DNA of 26,501 bases from a virus (taxonomy: Duplodnaviria > Caudoviricetes), in IMG/VR virus record IMGVR_UViG_3300005404_000025, positions 1-26,501 of that record; one strand, written 5' to 3'. Below the pieces are notes generated by a model, which searched no databases, had not been told where the DNA came from, and saw only the letters and a list, made by a program, of their open reading frames with translations. Position numbers and translations under genes: made by a program. Positions 8,002-16,121 of the stretch are shown here, one piece after another (within the stretch, counting starts at the first letter, position 1; every line of letters begins with the position of its first letter).

Positions 8002-9591
8002 ATGGCAACAAAAAGTTTAGACGGTGTCTTAACCAAAAAAGCACACCTACGTGAAAAGTTTGATGAAGAAAATATCGAGATGCTTAAGAAGTGTGTGGAT
8101 CCCGATAGCGGATACCTATACTTTTGCCAAAAGTTTTTTAATATACAACACCCTGTACAAGGTAAAACTTTATTTGAACCTTTTAAATATCAAGAACGTT
8201 TATTAGAAAGTTATCACAATCACAGATTTAATATTAATATGCTACCTAGACAAAGTGGTAAGACAACAACTGCCGCGGGTTACTTGTTATGGTATGCTAT
8301 GTTCCACCCTGATCAAACAATACTAATTGCCGCACACAAATATACAGGTGCTCAAGAAATTATGCAACGTATAAGATACGGATATGAATTATGTCCAGAC
8401 AGTATCAGAGCAGGTGTTACAAACTATAACAAAGGGTCAATGGAATTTGAAAATGGTAGTAGAATAGTTAGTGCTACTACAACAGGAAACACAGGAAGAG
8501 GTATGTCAATATCTTTATTATACTGTGATGAGTTTGCATTTGTTAATCCAAGTATTGCAGATGAATTTTGGACTTCGATATCTCCAACACTAGCAACAGG
8601 TGGTCGTGCAATTATTACAAGTACTCCTAACTCAGATGAAGATACGTTTGCTATTATATGGAAAGAATCACAAAACAAATTTGACGAAGATGGTAATGAA
8701 GCTGAAGTAGGTCAAAATGGTTTTCATGGCTTTACTGCTAAATGGGACGAACACCCAGACAGAGATGAAGAGTGGGCTAAAGTAGAAGTAGGTCGTATTG
8801 GTGAAGAAAGATTTAGACGTGAGTATGGTTGTGAGTTTTTAGTTTACGATGAAACACTTATTAACAGTATTAAGTTATCAAGTTTAGAAGGTATTGATCC
8901 TGTTATGAATATGGGGCAAACACGTTGGTATGGAAAGCCAGAAGGTACTAGCACTTATGTTGTTGCATTAGATCCTGCTATGGGAACAGGTGGTGACTAT
9001 GCCGCGATACAAGTATTTGAATTACCAAGCTATAAACAAATTGCAGAGTGGAGGCATAATCAAACTCCTATACCTGCACAAATAAGAATATTAAAAGATA
9101 TTTGTAACTACATAAAAGATTGTTGTCATAATCAAGGACAAAACATTTATTGGAGTGTAGAAAATAATTCAATAGGTGAAGGTGCTCTAATTGTTATTAG
9201 AGATTTAGGAGAAGAGAATATACCAGGTATGTGTGTATCAGAACCTATTAGAAAAGGCCATGTACGTAAGTTTAGAAAAGGATTTAATACAACTCACAGT
9301 ACTAAAATTAGTGCTTGTACTAGATTAAAGAATATGGTTGAAAACGACAAGCTAACAATAAACAGTAAAATATTAGTAAGCGAACTTAAGGCTTTTGTTG
9401 CTAGTGGTACTAGTTATAAAGCTAAACCAGGTGAAAATGACGATCTAGTTAGTGCTAGTTTGTTGAGTATGCGTATAATGGCAGTACTAAAAGACTGGGA
9501 TCCTAGGGTATATGAAACGTTTAATCAGGCTGATACAGGCGACGATACTACACCGCCAATGCCTATATTCATTTCAACCAATATAAGGTAA
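8002..9591 (+). CDS. gp17: Terminase large subunit (T4 gp17-like)
   Basis: FKYQERLL, Walker A LPRQSGKTT, Walker B LLYCDEFAF, ITSTPNS, FRREYGCEF, and nuclease motifs VVALDPAMGTGGDY and GENDDLV. Confidence 0.97.
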   Translation: MATKSLDGVLTKKAHLREKFDEENIEMLKKCVDPDSGYLYFCQKFFNIQHPVQGKTLFEPFKYQERLLESYHNHRFNINMLPRQSGKTTTAAGYLLWYAMFHPDQTILIAAHKYTGAQEIMQRIRYGYELCPDSIRAGVTNYNKGSMEFENGSRIVSATTTGNTGRGMSISLLYCDEFAFVNPSIADEFWTSISPTLATGGRAIITSTPNSDEDTFAIIWKESQNKFDEDGNEAEVGQNGFHGFTAKWDEHPDRDEEWAKVEVGRIGEERFRREYGCEFLVYDETLINSIKLSSLEGIDPVMNMGQTRWYGKPEGTSTYVVALDPAMGTGGDYAAIQVFELPSYKQIAEWRHNQTPIPAQIRILKDICNYIKDCCHNQGQNIYWSVENNSIGEGALIVIRDLGEENIPGMCVSEPIRKGHVRKFRKGFNTTHSTKISACTRLKNMVENDKLTINSKILVSELKAFVASGTSYKAKPGENDDLVSASLLSMRIMAVLKDWDPRVYETFNQADTGDDTTPPMPIFISTNIR

Positions 9592-9594
9592 ATA
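9587..9594 (+). promoter_or_regulatory. Late-like promoter box (GGTAAATA), 5 nt before the ATG
   Basis: TAAATA-catat-ATG, overlapping the terminase stop codon. Same spacing as at 3623, 8002 and 15348. Confidence 0.55.
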
Positions 9595-9599
9595 CATAT

Positions 9600-11768
9600 A
9601 TGAGCAATATGGAATATATATCAGATCAGCTATTTGCTAAAATTAGGGGTAGATTCCCATCAGTAACACTCGGCGATGCCGAAGGTGTTGTAACTGACGA
9701 GCCTAAACTTGCACGTTACTTTGACTTTGATTACAAAGTTGGCGAAGATAATTTAGGTAAAGTAAGCATATCTTTAAGTGAAAAAGAAGTTGCAGTTACT
9801 TACAATACATCATTTATTAGCGAACAGCCAGACAGTATCAGAAGTAGTTGGTTCGACTTCTTAAAAGAACTACGTACTTTTTCAAAAAGAAATATGCTTA
9901 ACTTTGATACACGTGATATAACTAAATCTAATCTTGATAAAAGAGATTACGCACACTTAACTAAAACTGCCGGAGAGAAAACAATGAGTGAATCTAAAAT
10001 GTACGGCACTAGTAGAACAAGTTACGAAGATGTTGACAAAGCTAGGCTAGTACTTAAACATACGCAACCAGTGAACCAAGAAGTTCCTGGAGCAAGAACA
10101 CAACACGTACACAGCCTTTATATAGAATCAGAAAATGGAGAAAGATTTAAGTATCCATTTAGACATTTAAACGGAGCAAGAGCTTTAGCAAGACACGTAA
10201 GCGAAGGCGGAAACTTATACGATGACTTTGGTAAACATATCGTTTCACTCAGCGAAGAATTATCAAAGCTACGTCAGTTTAAAACATACATGAACCGTTC
10301 AGCAGTAATGGCAGAAGGCTTAAAAGGTTACATGGATATTGTTAATGAAAGACTTGACAGTATTAAAATGGAAGTAATGAAATTACAAAGACCAACTCAT
10401 TACGCAGAAGCATTTAAAAACTTTACTCCAGTTGTTAACGAAGAAGTTCCAGAAGAACTACAAAACAGTTGGATTGATGAATTAACAATTAGAACTTTCA
10501 ACGAAGAACTGAAAAACGTTTTTCCATACATTTATAATTTAGTAAAAGAAAAGAAACAAGTTGAAGAAGTTAGCCCAGAAGATTTATTAGGTGAAGTTTC
10601 CGATATGGGAATGAACAAATACGGACTTGCGGCTAAACACGAAAAAGGAAAATTTTATTCTTACAAAGATGGTAAGATGACAGGTGGACCTTTTGATTCA
10701 ATAGAGGAACTAGAAGCACATCAACAAGAACTTATTAAAGACGAAGCTAGTGGATATGAAGGCGGTGACGAAGCACACGCACACGCAATAGACATTGACG
10801 GAGACTATGATGAGGACAGAGGCATAAGCGAAAAAGATTGCGAAGAAATGCAATACGAACTTTCGAAGTCTGGTATCAAAGCTACTTGTGAGCCAGATGA
10901 AATGCGACAAGGTGGAGTTATTGTACATACTATGAGTCCAAGAGATGCAGTTATTGATGCATTGGACAAAGCAGGATATCAAGCTAACGAAACTTTATCA
11001 CCAGAAGATGAATTTGAAAGTGAACTTTCAAACATAGTGGGAGAAACTGAAGATGCTTTAATCGATGGACAAGGAGCTGACCAACAAGCCGCGATTAAAA
11101 AACTAAATGGCTTAATGGCTAGCGAATTTCAAGCAGGTGTTAACGGTAACAATGCTGTTATGAGTTTAAAGGGAGTCATAGACGACCCATTACTATTAGA
11201 TATGTTCAAACAAGTAGGACAGAAAGAATCGAGCACAGATGTACGACCTTTAGTAATGAAATATATTAAAGCTAAAGCACCAAGTATTTTATCAAAAATT
11301 GATACAGGTGATATGGCTACAGAAGATAGAAATACTGGAATCAAAGATAAAGAAGATTATCAAGCAAAGAAAAAAGCTATCCAAGATATCCAAATGGATC
11401 CAAACACTCATAAAGATGAGAAACTTAAAAAAGAAATTATGAGACGTAAAGCAGAATTGGATTCAGAAGCAAAAGAAAAAGGATACAAAGAAGGCGAAGA
11501 TGATATTGCTGTTAAAATGAATCCAGACGGAAGTATTGAAAAGGCAAAAGAAGACAAAAGAAAACCTAGCGAAAGATTAGAAGAATTGGTTAAATCACAT
11601 TACGACTACACTTCTAACTCATTTCCAAAAGGCGAAACAGCGATAGTTACAGCTTGTGAAAAAGAGTTTGGCGACAAAGCAATACCATTTGCAGAAAAAA
11701 TGATTGCTAGACTAAAGCAAGGTAAAGATCGCGAGATGGAAAGAATTAAACACCTAGCAGGTGTATAA
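9600..11768 (+). CDS. Large acidic hypothetical protein, possible prohead core/internal head protein
   Basis: 722 aa, Glu/Asp-rich in its C-terminal half, ends EMERIKHLAGV. Follows the terminase. Has an in-frame internal SD+ATG at 9984. Function is inferred only. Confidence 0.6.
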   Translation: MSNMEYISDQLFAKIRGRFPSVTLGDAEGVVTDEPKLARYFDFDYKVGEDNLGKVSISLSEKEVAVTYNTSFISEQPDSIRSSWFDFLKELRTFSKRNMLNFDTRDITKSNLDKRDYAHLTKTAGEKTMSESKMYGTSRTSYEDVDKARLVLKHTQPVNQEVPGARTQHVHSLYIESENGERFKYPFRHLNGARALARHVSEGGNLYDDFGKHIVSLSEELSKLRQFKTYMNRSAVMAEGLKGYMDIVNERLDSIKMEVMKLQRPTHYAEAFKNFTPVVNEEVPEELQNSWIDELTIRTFNEELKNVFPYIYNLVKEKKQVEEVSPEDLLGEVSDMGMNKYGLAAKHEKGKFYSYKDGKMTGGPFDSIEELEAHQQELIKDEASGYEGGDEAHAHAIDIDGDYDEDRGISEKDCEEMQYELSKSGIKATCEPDEMRQGGVIVHTMSPRDAVIDALDKAGYQANETLSPEDEFESELSNIVGETEDALIDGQGADQQAAIKKLNGLMASEFQAGVNGNNAVMSLKGVIDDPLLLDMFKQVGQKESSTDVRPLVMKYIKAKAPSILSKIDTGDMATEDRNTGIKDKEDYQAKKKAIQDIQMDPNTHKDEKLKKEIMRRKAELDSEAKEKGYKEGEDDIAVKMNPDGSIEKAKEDKRKPSERLEELVKSHYDYTSNSFPKGETAIVTACEKEFGDKAIPFAEKMIARLKQGKDREMERIKHLAGV

Positions 11769-11803
11769 GAATTTATAAAGTCACTTTTTTGGCAACATGA
11801 AGG

Positions 11804-11832
11804 TTGACTTTATAAGTATATTAGTGTAGTAT
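11804..11832 (+). promoter_or_regulatory. Sigma70-type early promoter for the SSB-UvsX-UvsY operon, with an embedded late-like box
   Basis: TTGACT(11804-11809), 17 nt spacer, TAGTAT(11827-11832). TATAAGTA lies at 11811-11818 within the spacer. Confidence 0.7.
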
Positions 11833-11899
11833 ATAAACTGTGCTACACTATTAACAGGCACAAGCAACGAAGGCTTAACAATTATAGGAGGCTTATATT

Positions 11900-12874
11900 A
11901 TGGCTACATTAGCAGAAATTCGTGCAAAACTTAAAGAACAGGAAACCCGCTCATCGGGATCTTCCACAGGCGGCGACAACGCCATTTACCCATTTTGGAA
12001 CTTAAAAGAAGGCGAGACATCAACTGTCCGTTTCCTTCCAGATGGCGACGAAAACAATACATTTTTCTGGCAAGAACGTTTGATGATCAAACTACCTTTT
12101 GCTGGTATTAAAGGCGAGACAGACTCTCGTCCAGTACAAGTGCAAGTACCTTGTATGGAAATGTATAGTGAAACTTGTCCAGTACTTTCAGAAGTACGTG
12201 GATGGTTTAAAGACAAAAACTTAGAAGATATGGGACGTAAATATTGGAAAAAACGTTCATATGTTTTCCAAGGCTTTGTTACAGACAATCCTTTAAAAGA
12301 GGATTCAACTCCAGCAAATCCAATTAGACGAATGATTATTGGACCACAAATCTTCCAAATTATTAAGGGAGCATTAATGGATCCTGATATGAATGAGTTA
12401 CCAACTGATTATACATCAGGTGTAGACTTTAGAATTGCGAAAACTTCTAAAGGTGGATATGCCGACTACTCAACTTCAAACTGGGCTCGTAAAGAGAGAC
12501 CATTAAGTGAAGAAGAGTATAAAGCTATTGAAGACCATGGCTTGTTTAATTTAGGTGATTACTTACCTAAGAAACCAAGTGAGGTTGAAGTTGGTGTCAT
12601 CAAGAAGATGTTTGAAGCATCTGTTGATGGTGAAGCATACGATTTGGAACAGTTTGGTCAATACTTTAGACCAGCTGGTGTAAAAGCACAAACAGGTGAT
12701 CCTGTAAAAGCTACTACACCAACACCTGCTCCAGCGGCGGCTCCAGAAGCACCAAAAGTAGCAGAGGCAGTAGCACAACCTACTACAACTGATGCTCCAG
12801 CAACAACTGAAGCACCGGCTGACAATAATAAAGCGGAAGACATCCTAGCGATGATCCGTAACAGACAGTCGTAA
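11900..12874 (+). CDS. gp32: Single-stranded DNA-binding protein (T4 gp32-like)
   Basis: IYPFWN, TVRFLPDGD, PCMEMYSETCPVLSE, YWKKRSY, IIGPQIFQII, TDYTSGVDFRIAKTSKGGYADYSTS, then a Pro/Ala/Thr linker. SD AGGAGG. Directly before UvsX. Confidence 0.9.
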   Translation: MATLAEIRAKLKEQETRSSGSSTGGDNAIYPFWNLKEGETSTVRFLPDGDENNTFFWQERLMIKLPFAGIKGETDSRPVQVQVPCMEMYSETCPVLSEVRGWFKDKNLEDMGRKYWKKRSYVFQGFVTDNPLKEDSTPANPIRRMIIGPQIFQIIKGALMDPDMNELPTDYTSGVDFRIAKTSKGGYADYSTSNWARKERPLSEEEYKAIEDHGLFNLGDYLPKKPSEVEVGVIKKMFEASVDGEAYDLEQFGQYFRPAGVKAQTGDPVKATTPTPAPAAAPEAPKVAEAVAQPTTTDAPATTEAPADNNKAEDILAMIRNRQS

Positions 12875-12889
12875 ACTAATATTGTATAA

Positions 12890-12912
12890 GGGGTTGTCTG
12901 CACGGCAACCCC
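12890..12912 (+). other. GC-rich intergenic RNA hairpin without a U-tract
   Basis: GGGGTTGTC-TGCAC-GGCAACCCC between SSB and UvsX, followed by AAGTACAT rather than a T-run. Confidence 0.7.
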
Positions 12913-12937
12913 AAGTACATAGGATTAAGGAGTAATA

Positions 12938-13999
12938 ATGGCTAACAAGGCATTTGACGTTTCTAAGTTTCGTAAAAACTTAACTAAATCTATTACAGGA
13001 ATGAGTGCTGGATTTCATGATCCAACTGATTGGATTAGTACAGGTAATTATGCACTCAATTATTTAATTAGTGGCGACTTTAATAAAGGCGTTCCAATGG
13101 GTAAGGTAACTGTTTTTGCAGGTGAATCTGGTGCAGGTAAATCATATATTTGTGCAGGTAACATTGTAAAGGCGGCACAAGAGCAAGGCATATTTGTTGT
13201 TTTGATTGACTCAGAGAATGCTTTAGATGAAACTTGGTTACAAGCATTAAACGTTGACACTAGTGATGAAAAACTACTTAAACTTAATATGTCAATGATT
13301 GATGATGTAGCAAAAACTATATCAACATTTATGAATGACTACAGAGAAACACCTGAGGAAGAAAGACCTAAAGTGTTATTTGTTATTGATAGTTTGGGTA
13401 TGTTACTTACACCAACAGATGTTGATCAGTTTAATAAAGGTGATATGAAGGGTGATATGGGTAGAAAACCTAAAGCACTTACATCACTTGTTAGAAATAC
13501 AGTTAACATGATTGGTTCACACAACGTTGGATTAGTATGTACTAATCACACTTACGCATCACAAGATATGTTTGATCCAGATGATAAAATATCAGGTGGA
13601 CAAGGATTTATCTATGCAAGTTCTATTGTAGTAGCAATGAAGAAATTGAAACTAAAAGAGGACGAAGATGGTAAGAAAGTTACCGATGTACGTGGTATTA
13701 GAGCGGGTTGTAAAGTTATGAAAACTAGATATGCAAAACCGTTTGAAGGCGTACAAGTTAAAATTCCATATGAAACTGGAATGAATCCATATAGTGGTCT
13801 AGTTGACCTATTTGAGAAAAAAGGCCTGTTAAATCAACAAGGCAATAGACTTAAATACGTTGATAGCACGGGCAAGGAAACACTTGAATATCGAAAAGAC
13901 TGGTCTGGTGAGAAACTAGACATAATTATGAGTGACTTCGAGAAGTTATCCACAGAAGAACCTGTGCAGGAAGTTGATGAAACAACCACTGAGGAGTAA
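12938..13999 (+). CDS. uvsX: RecA-like recombinase UvsX
   Basis: WISTGNYALNYLISG, Walker A AGESGAGKS, LIDSENALD, Walker B LFVIDSLG, TNHTY, ISGGQGFIYASS and KTRYAKPF. SD AAGGAG. Confidence 0.95.
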   Translation: MANKAFDVSKFRKNLTKSITGMSAGFHDPTDWISTGNYALNYLISGDFNKGVPMGKVTVFAGESGAGKSYICAGNIVKAAQEQGIFVVLIDSENALDETWLQALNVDTSDEKLLKLNMSMIDDVAKTISTFMNDYRETPEEERPKVLFVIDSLGMLLTPTDVDQFNKGDMKGDMGRKPKALTSLVRNTVNMIGSHNVGLVCTNHTYASQDMFDPDDKISGGQGFIYASSIVVAMKKLKLKEDEDGKKVTDVRGIRAGCKVMKTRYAKPFEGVQVKIPYETGMNPYSGLVDLFEKKGLLNQQGNRLKYVDSTGKETLEYRKDWSGEKLDIIMSDFEKLSTEEPVQEVDETTTEE

Positions 14000-14004
14000 G
14001 ACTT

Positions 14005-14235
14005 ATGGACGGTACGCAGATAGTAGAAACGTGGCAAGTATTCAAAGAATACATTGACAAGAAACATATTGAAACAGTTGCTGAAAAGTATGTTGATTTA
14101 TGTGCTGATTTCGGAACCGAAGACGAAGCATTTAGAGATGCTTTAGGTTCTGATCATGAACTTGACAAAGCCATTGGTTATTATTTGGAAGAAGACGTTG
14201 ACTACGATGACGAAATTGATGACGAGGATTATTAA
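14005..14235 (+). CDS. Small, highly acidic hypothetical protein
   Basis: 76 aa, about one third Asp/Glu. SD GAGGAG, and TAATG overlap with uvsY. Confidence 0.8.
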   Translation: MDGTQIVETWQVFKEYIDKKHIETVAEKYVDLCADFGTEDEAFRDALGSDHELDKAIGYYLEEDVDYDDEIDDEDY

Positions 14236-14690
14236 TGGGTTGGTATTCTGATATTGCTAAAGATATTAACAATATACCTAAGGCTATACAGTACTTTGAA
14301 GACGAATTAGACGAAGCTAAAAAACAAATTCGTATTAAAGGTAATGTAGAAAAGGCCGCGGCAGAGATGCCTGGTATAGTTGAGCAACGATTTAATCAGT
14401 TGCAAGAGTTAGAAGCAATACTAGAATACCTAAACATCGAATTAAGACGTTTAAGAAGTAGTTTTTTTAAAAAGTATTTAGAGAATTATGCACGAGCATT
14501 ATCAAGCAGAGACGTTGAAAAATATGTAGACGGCGAAGCTGACGTTGTTGATTATGAAAAAATAATTAACGAGTTTGCATTAATGCGTAATAAATGGTTA
14601 GGCGTAACAAAGGCATTAGACCAAAAACAATGGCAACTTACTAACATAGTTAAGTTACGAGTTGCAGGAATGGAAGACGCAAGTCTTTAG
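14235..14690 (+). CDS. uvsY: Recombination mediator UvsY-like protein
   Basis: 151 aa helical protein. YLENYARALSSRDVEKYVDGEADV and GVTKALDQKQWQLTNIVKLRVAG match the UvsY C-terminal pattern. Located next to uvsX. Confidence 0.8.
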   Translation: MGWYSDIAKDINNIPKAIQYFEDELDEAKKQIRIKGNVEKAAAEMPGIVEQRFNQLQELEAILEYLNIELRRLRSSFFKKYLENYARALSSRDVEKYVDGEADVVDYEKIINEFALMRNKWLGVTKALDQKQWQLTNIVKLRVAGMEDASL

Positions 14691-14708
14691 GATTAAAAGG
14701 AAAACATT

Positions 14709-15332
14709 ATGAAAATGAGCGAGACTCAACCAGGTCAAGTTGCTAAACAATATGGCGGCAACACAAGACCTAAAATAAATCATGCTGAGAGAACTGACTT
14801 ACCAGGCTCAAGACAATCTATTCAAAAATGGGATACTATTCCAAATGAATGTTTTGTACAAAGAGTTGCTGGAGAGTTTTTTAATCAACAGTCAGCAGAT
14901 TTATTTGCAAATAAGAAGATCGTTTTGTTTAGTTTACCAGGTGCATTTACACCAACTTGTTCCACAAAGCAATTACCAGCATACGAAGAAATGTATGATA
15001 GGTTTAAGGCGGCTGGAATAGATGAAGTGTATTGTGTATCAGTAAATGACGGCTTTGTAATGAATGCTTGGGCTAAAGAACTTGGCATAGAAAAAGTAAA
15101 ATTATTAGCAGATGGTAACGGAGACTTTACAGACTCAATGGGTATGTTATGTACTAAAAGAGACAAAGGATTTGCTAACCGTAGCTGGAGATATTCACTT
15201 TATGCTGAGAACGGTTTAGTTAAAGAAGCATTTGTAGAGCCCGGATTTAACCACAAAGGTGAGGACGATGATCCTTACACTTGTACTGATCCAGAAACAA
15301 TGATTCAATTCGTAGAAGCAGAAGCCAGATAA
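14709..15332 (+). CDS. Peroxiredoxin (Prx5/type II, redoxin family)
   Basis: LFSLPGAFTPTCS with the peroxidatic Cys, VYCVSVNDGFVMNAW, LLADGNGDFT and RSWRYS. Confidence 0.93.
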   Translation: MKMSETQPGQVAKQYGGNTRPKINHAERTDLPGSRQSIQKWDTIPNECFVQRVAGEFFNQQSADLFANKKIVLFSLPGAFTPTCSTKQLPAYEEMYDRFKAAGIDEVYCVSVNDGFVMNAWAKELGIEKVKLLADGNGDFTDSMGMLCTKRDKGFANRSWRYSLYAENGLVKEAFVEPGFNHKGEDDDPYTCTDPETMIQFVEAEAR

Positions 15333-15334
15333 AA

Positions 15335-15342
15335 TTTAAATA
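15335..15342 (+). promoter_or_regulatory. Late-like promoter box (TTTAAATA), 5 nt before the first gene of the glycan cluster
   Basis: TTTAAATA-caact-ATG, no SD. Same geometry as three virion/packaging genes. Confidence 0.6.
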
Positions 15343-15347
15343 CAACT

Positions 15348-16121
15348 ATGAAGGTTGTATTAGTAACAGGTGGCTTTGATCCACTACATTCTGGACATAT
15401 ATCTTATTTCGAAGAAGCTAAAAAGCTCGGCGACAAATTAGTCGTCGGGCTTAATAGTGACGAGTGGTTAACTCGTAAAAAAGGTTTACCGTTTATGCCT
15501 CTCAAAGAACGGAAAACAATTATACAAAATTTAAAAATGGTCGACGAAGTAATAACTTGGGACGACTCTGATAATACTGCCTGCGGTGCAATCTTCAAAT
15601 TAAAATTACGTAAAAGTGGTAACCAAATTATATTTTGTAATGGTGGCGATCGAACAGAAAAGAACATTCCTGAAATGGAAGTTTACAAAGACAATGGAGA
15701 AATTTCATTTGTATTTGGTGTTGGCGGTACTGATAAAAAGAACTCTAGTAGTTGGATTTTAGAAGAGTATAAATACCCTAAAACAAAACGTAATTGGGGT
15801 TGGTATAGAGTATTAGATAATCAACCTGGTTATAAAGTAAAAGAACTTGTGATAGATCCTAAAAGTAGTTTAAGTATGCAAAGACATTTTAAACGTGCAG
15901 AACATTGGTACGTATTAAAAGGTGAGTGTATAGTTGTTACAGACGGTCCTGCAGGTATACAAGAAGTAACACTACCAGCAACTGACACAGGATACCAAAT
16001 AGGTAAAGAAGTTTGGCATAAAGGTATTAATGAAAAAGATGTTCCTTGCCATATATTAGAAGTACAATATGGAGATGAATGCGTTGAAGCAGACATTGAA
16101 AGAAAGGAATTTACTAGATGA
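15348..16121 (+). CDS. HxGH nucleotidyltransferase (RfaE/HldE domain II or TagD-like) fused to a mannose-6-phosphate-isomerase-type cupin
   Basis: N-terminal TGGFDPLHSGH...GDKLVVGLNSDEWL and NGGDR. C-terminal RNWGWYRVL, VKELVIDPKSSLSMQRHFKRAEHWYVLKG and ILEVQYG...EADIER, typical of the type II PMI cupin. Confidence 0.88.
   Translation: MKVVLVTGGFDPLHSGHISYFEEAKKLGDKLVVGLNSDEWLTRKKGLPFMPLKERKTIIQNLKMVDEVITWDDSDNTACGAIFKLKLRKSGNQIIFCNGGDRTEKNIPEMEVYKDNGEISFVFGVGGTDKKNSSSWILEEYKYPKTKRNWGWYRVLDNQPGYKVKELVIDPKSSLSMQRHFKRAEHWYVLKGECIVVTDGPAGIQEVTLPATDTGYQIGKEVWHKGINEKDVPCHILEVQYGDECVEADIERKEFTR

Noticed and set aside
8002-9591. Intein or intron in the terminase (also considered for UvsX and UvsW)
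   Set aside because: Lengths are normal, motifs are contiguous, and no splicing or homing endonuclease motifs are seen.
12938-13999. Cellular recA, implying a bacterial chromosome or prophage
   Set aside because: The sequence is UvsX-like and flanked by gp32 and UvsY. No integrase or host housekeeping genes are present.
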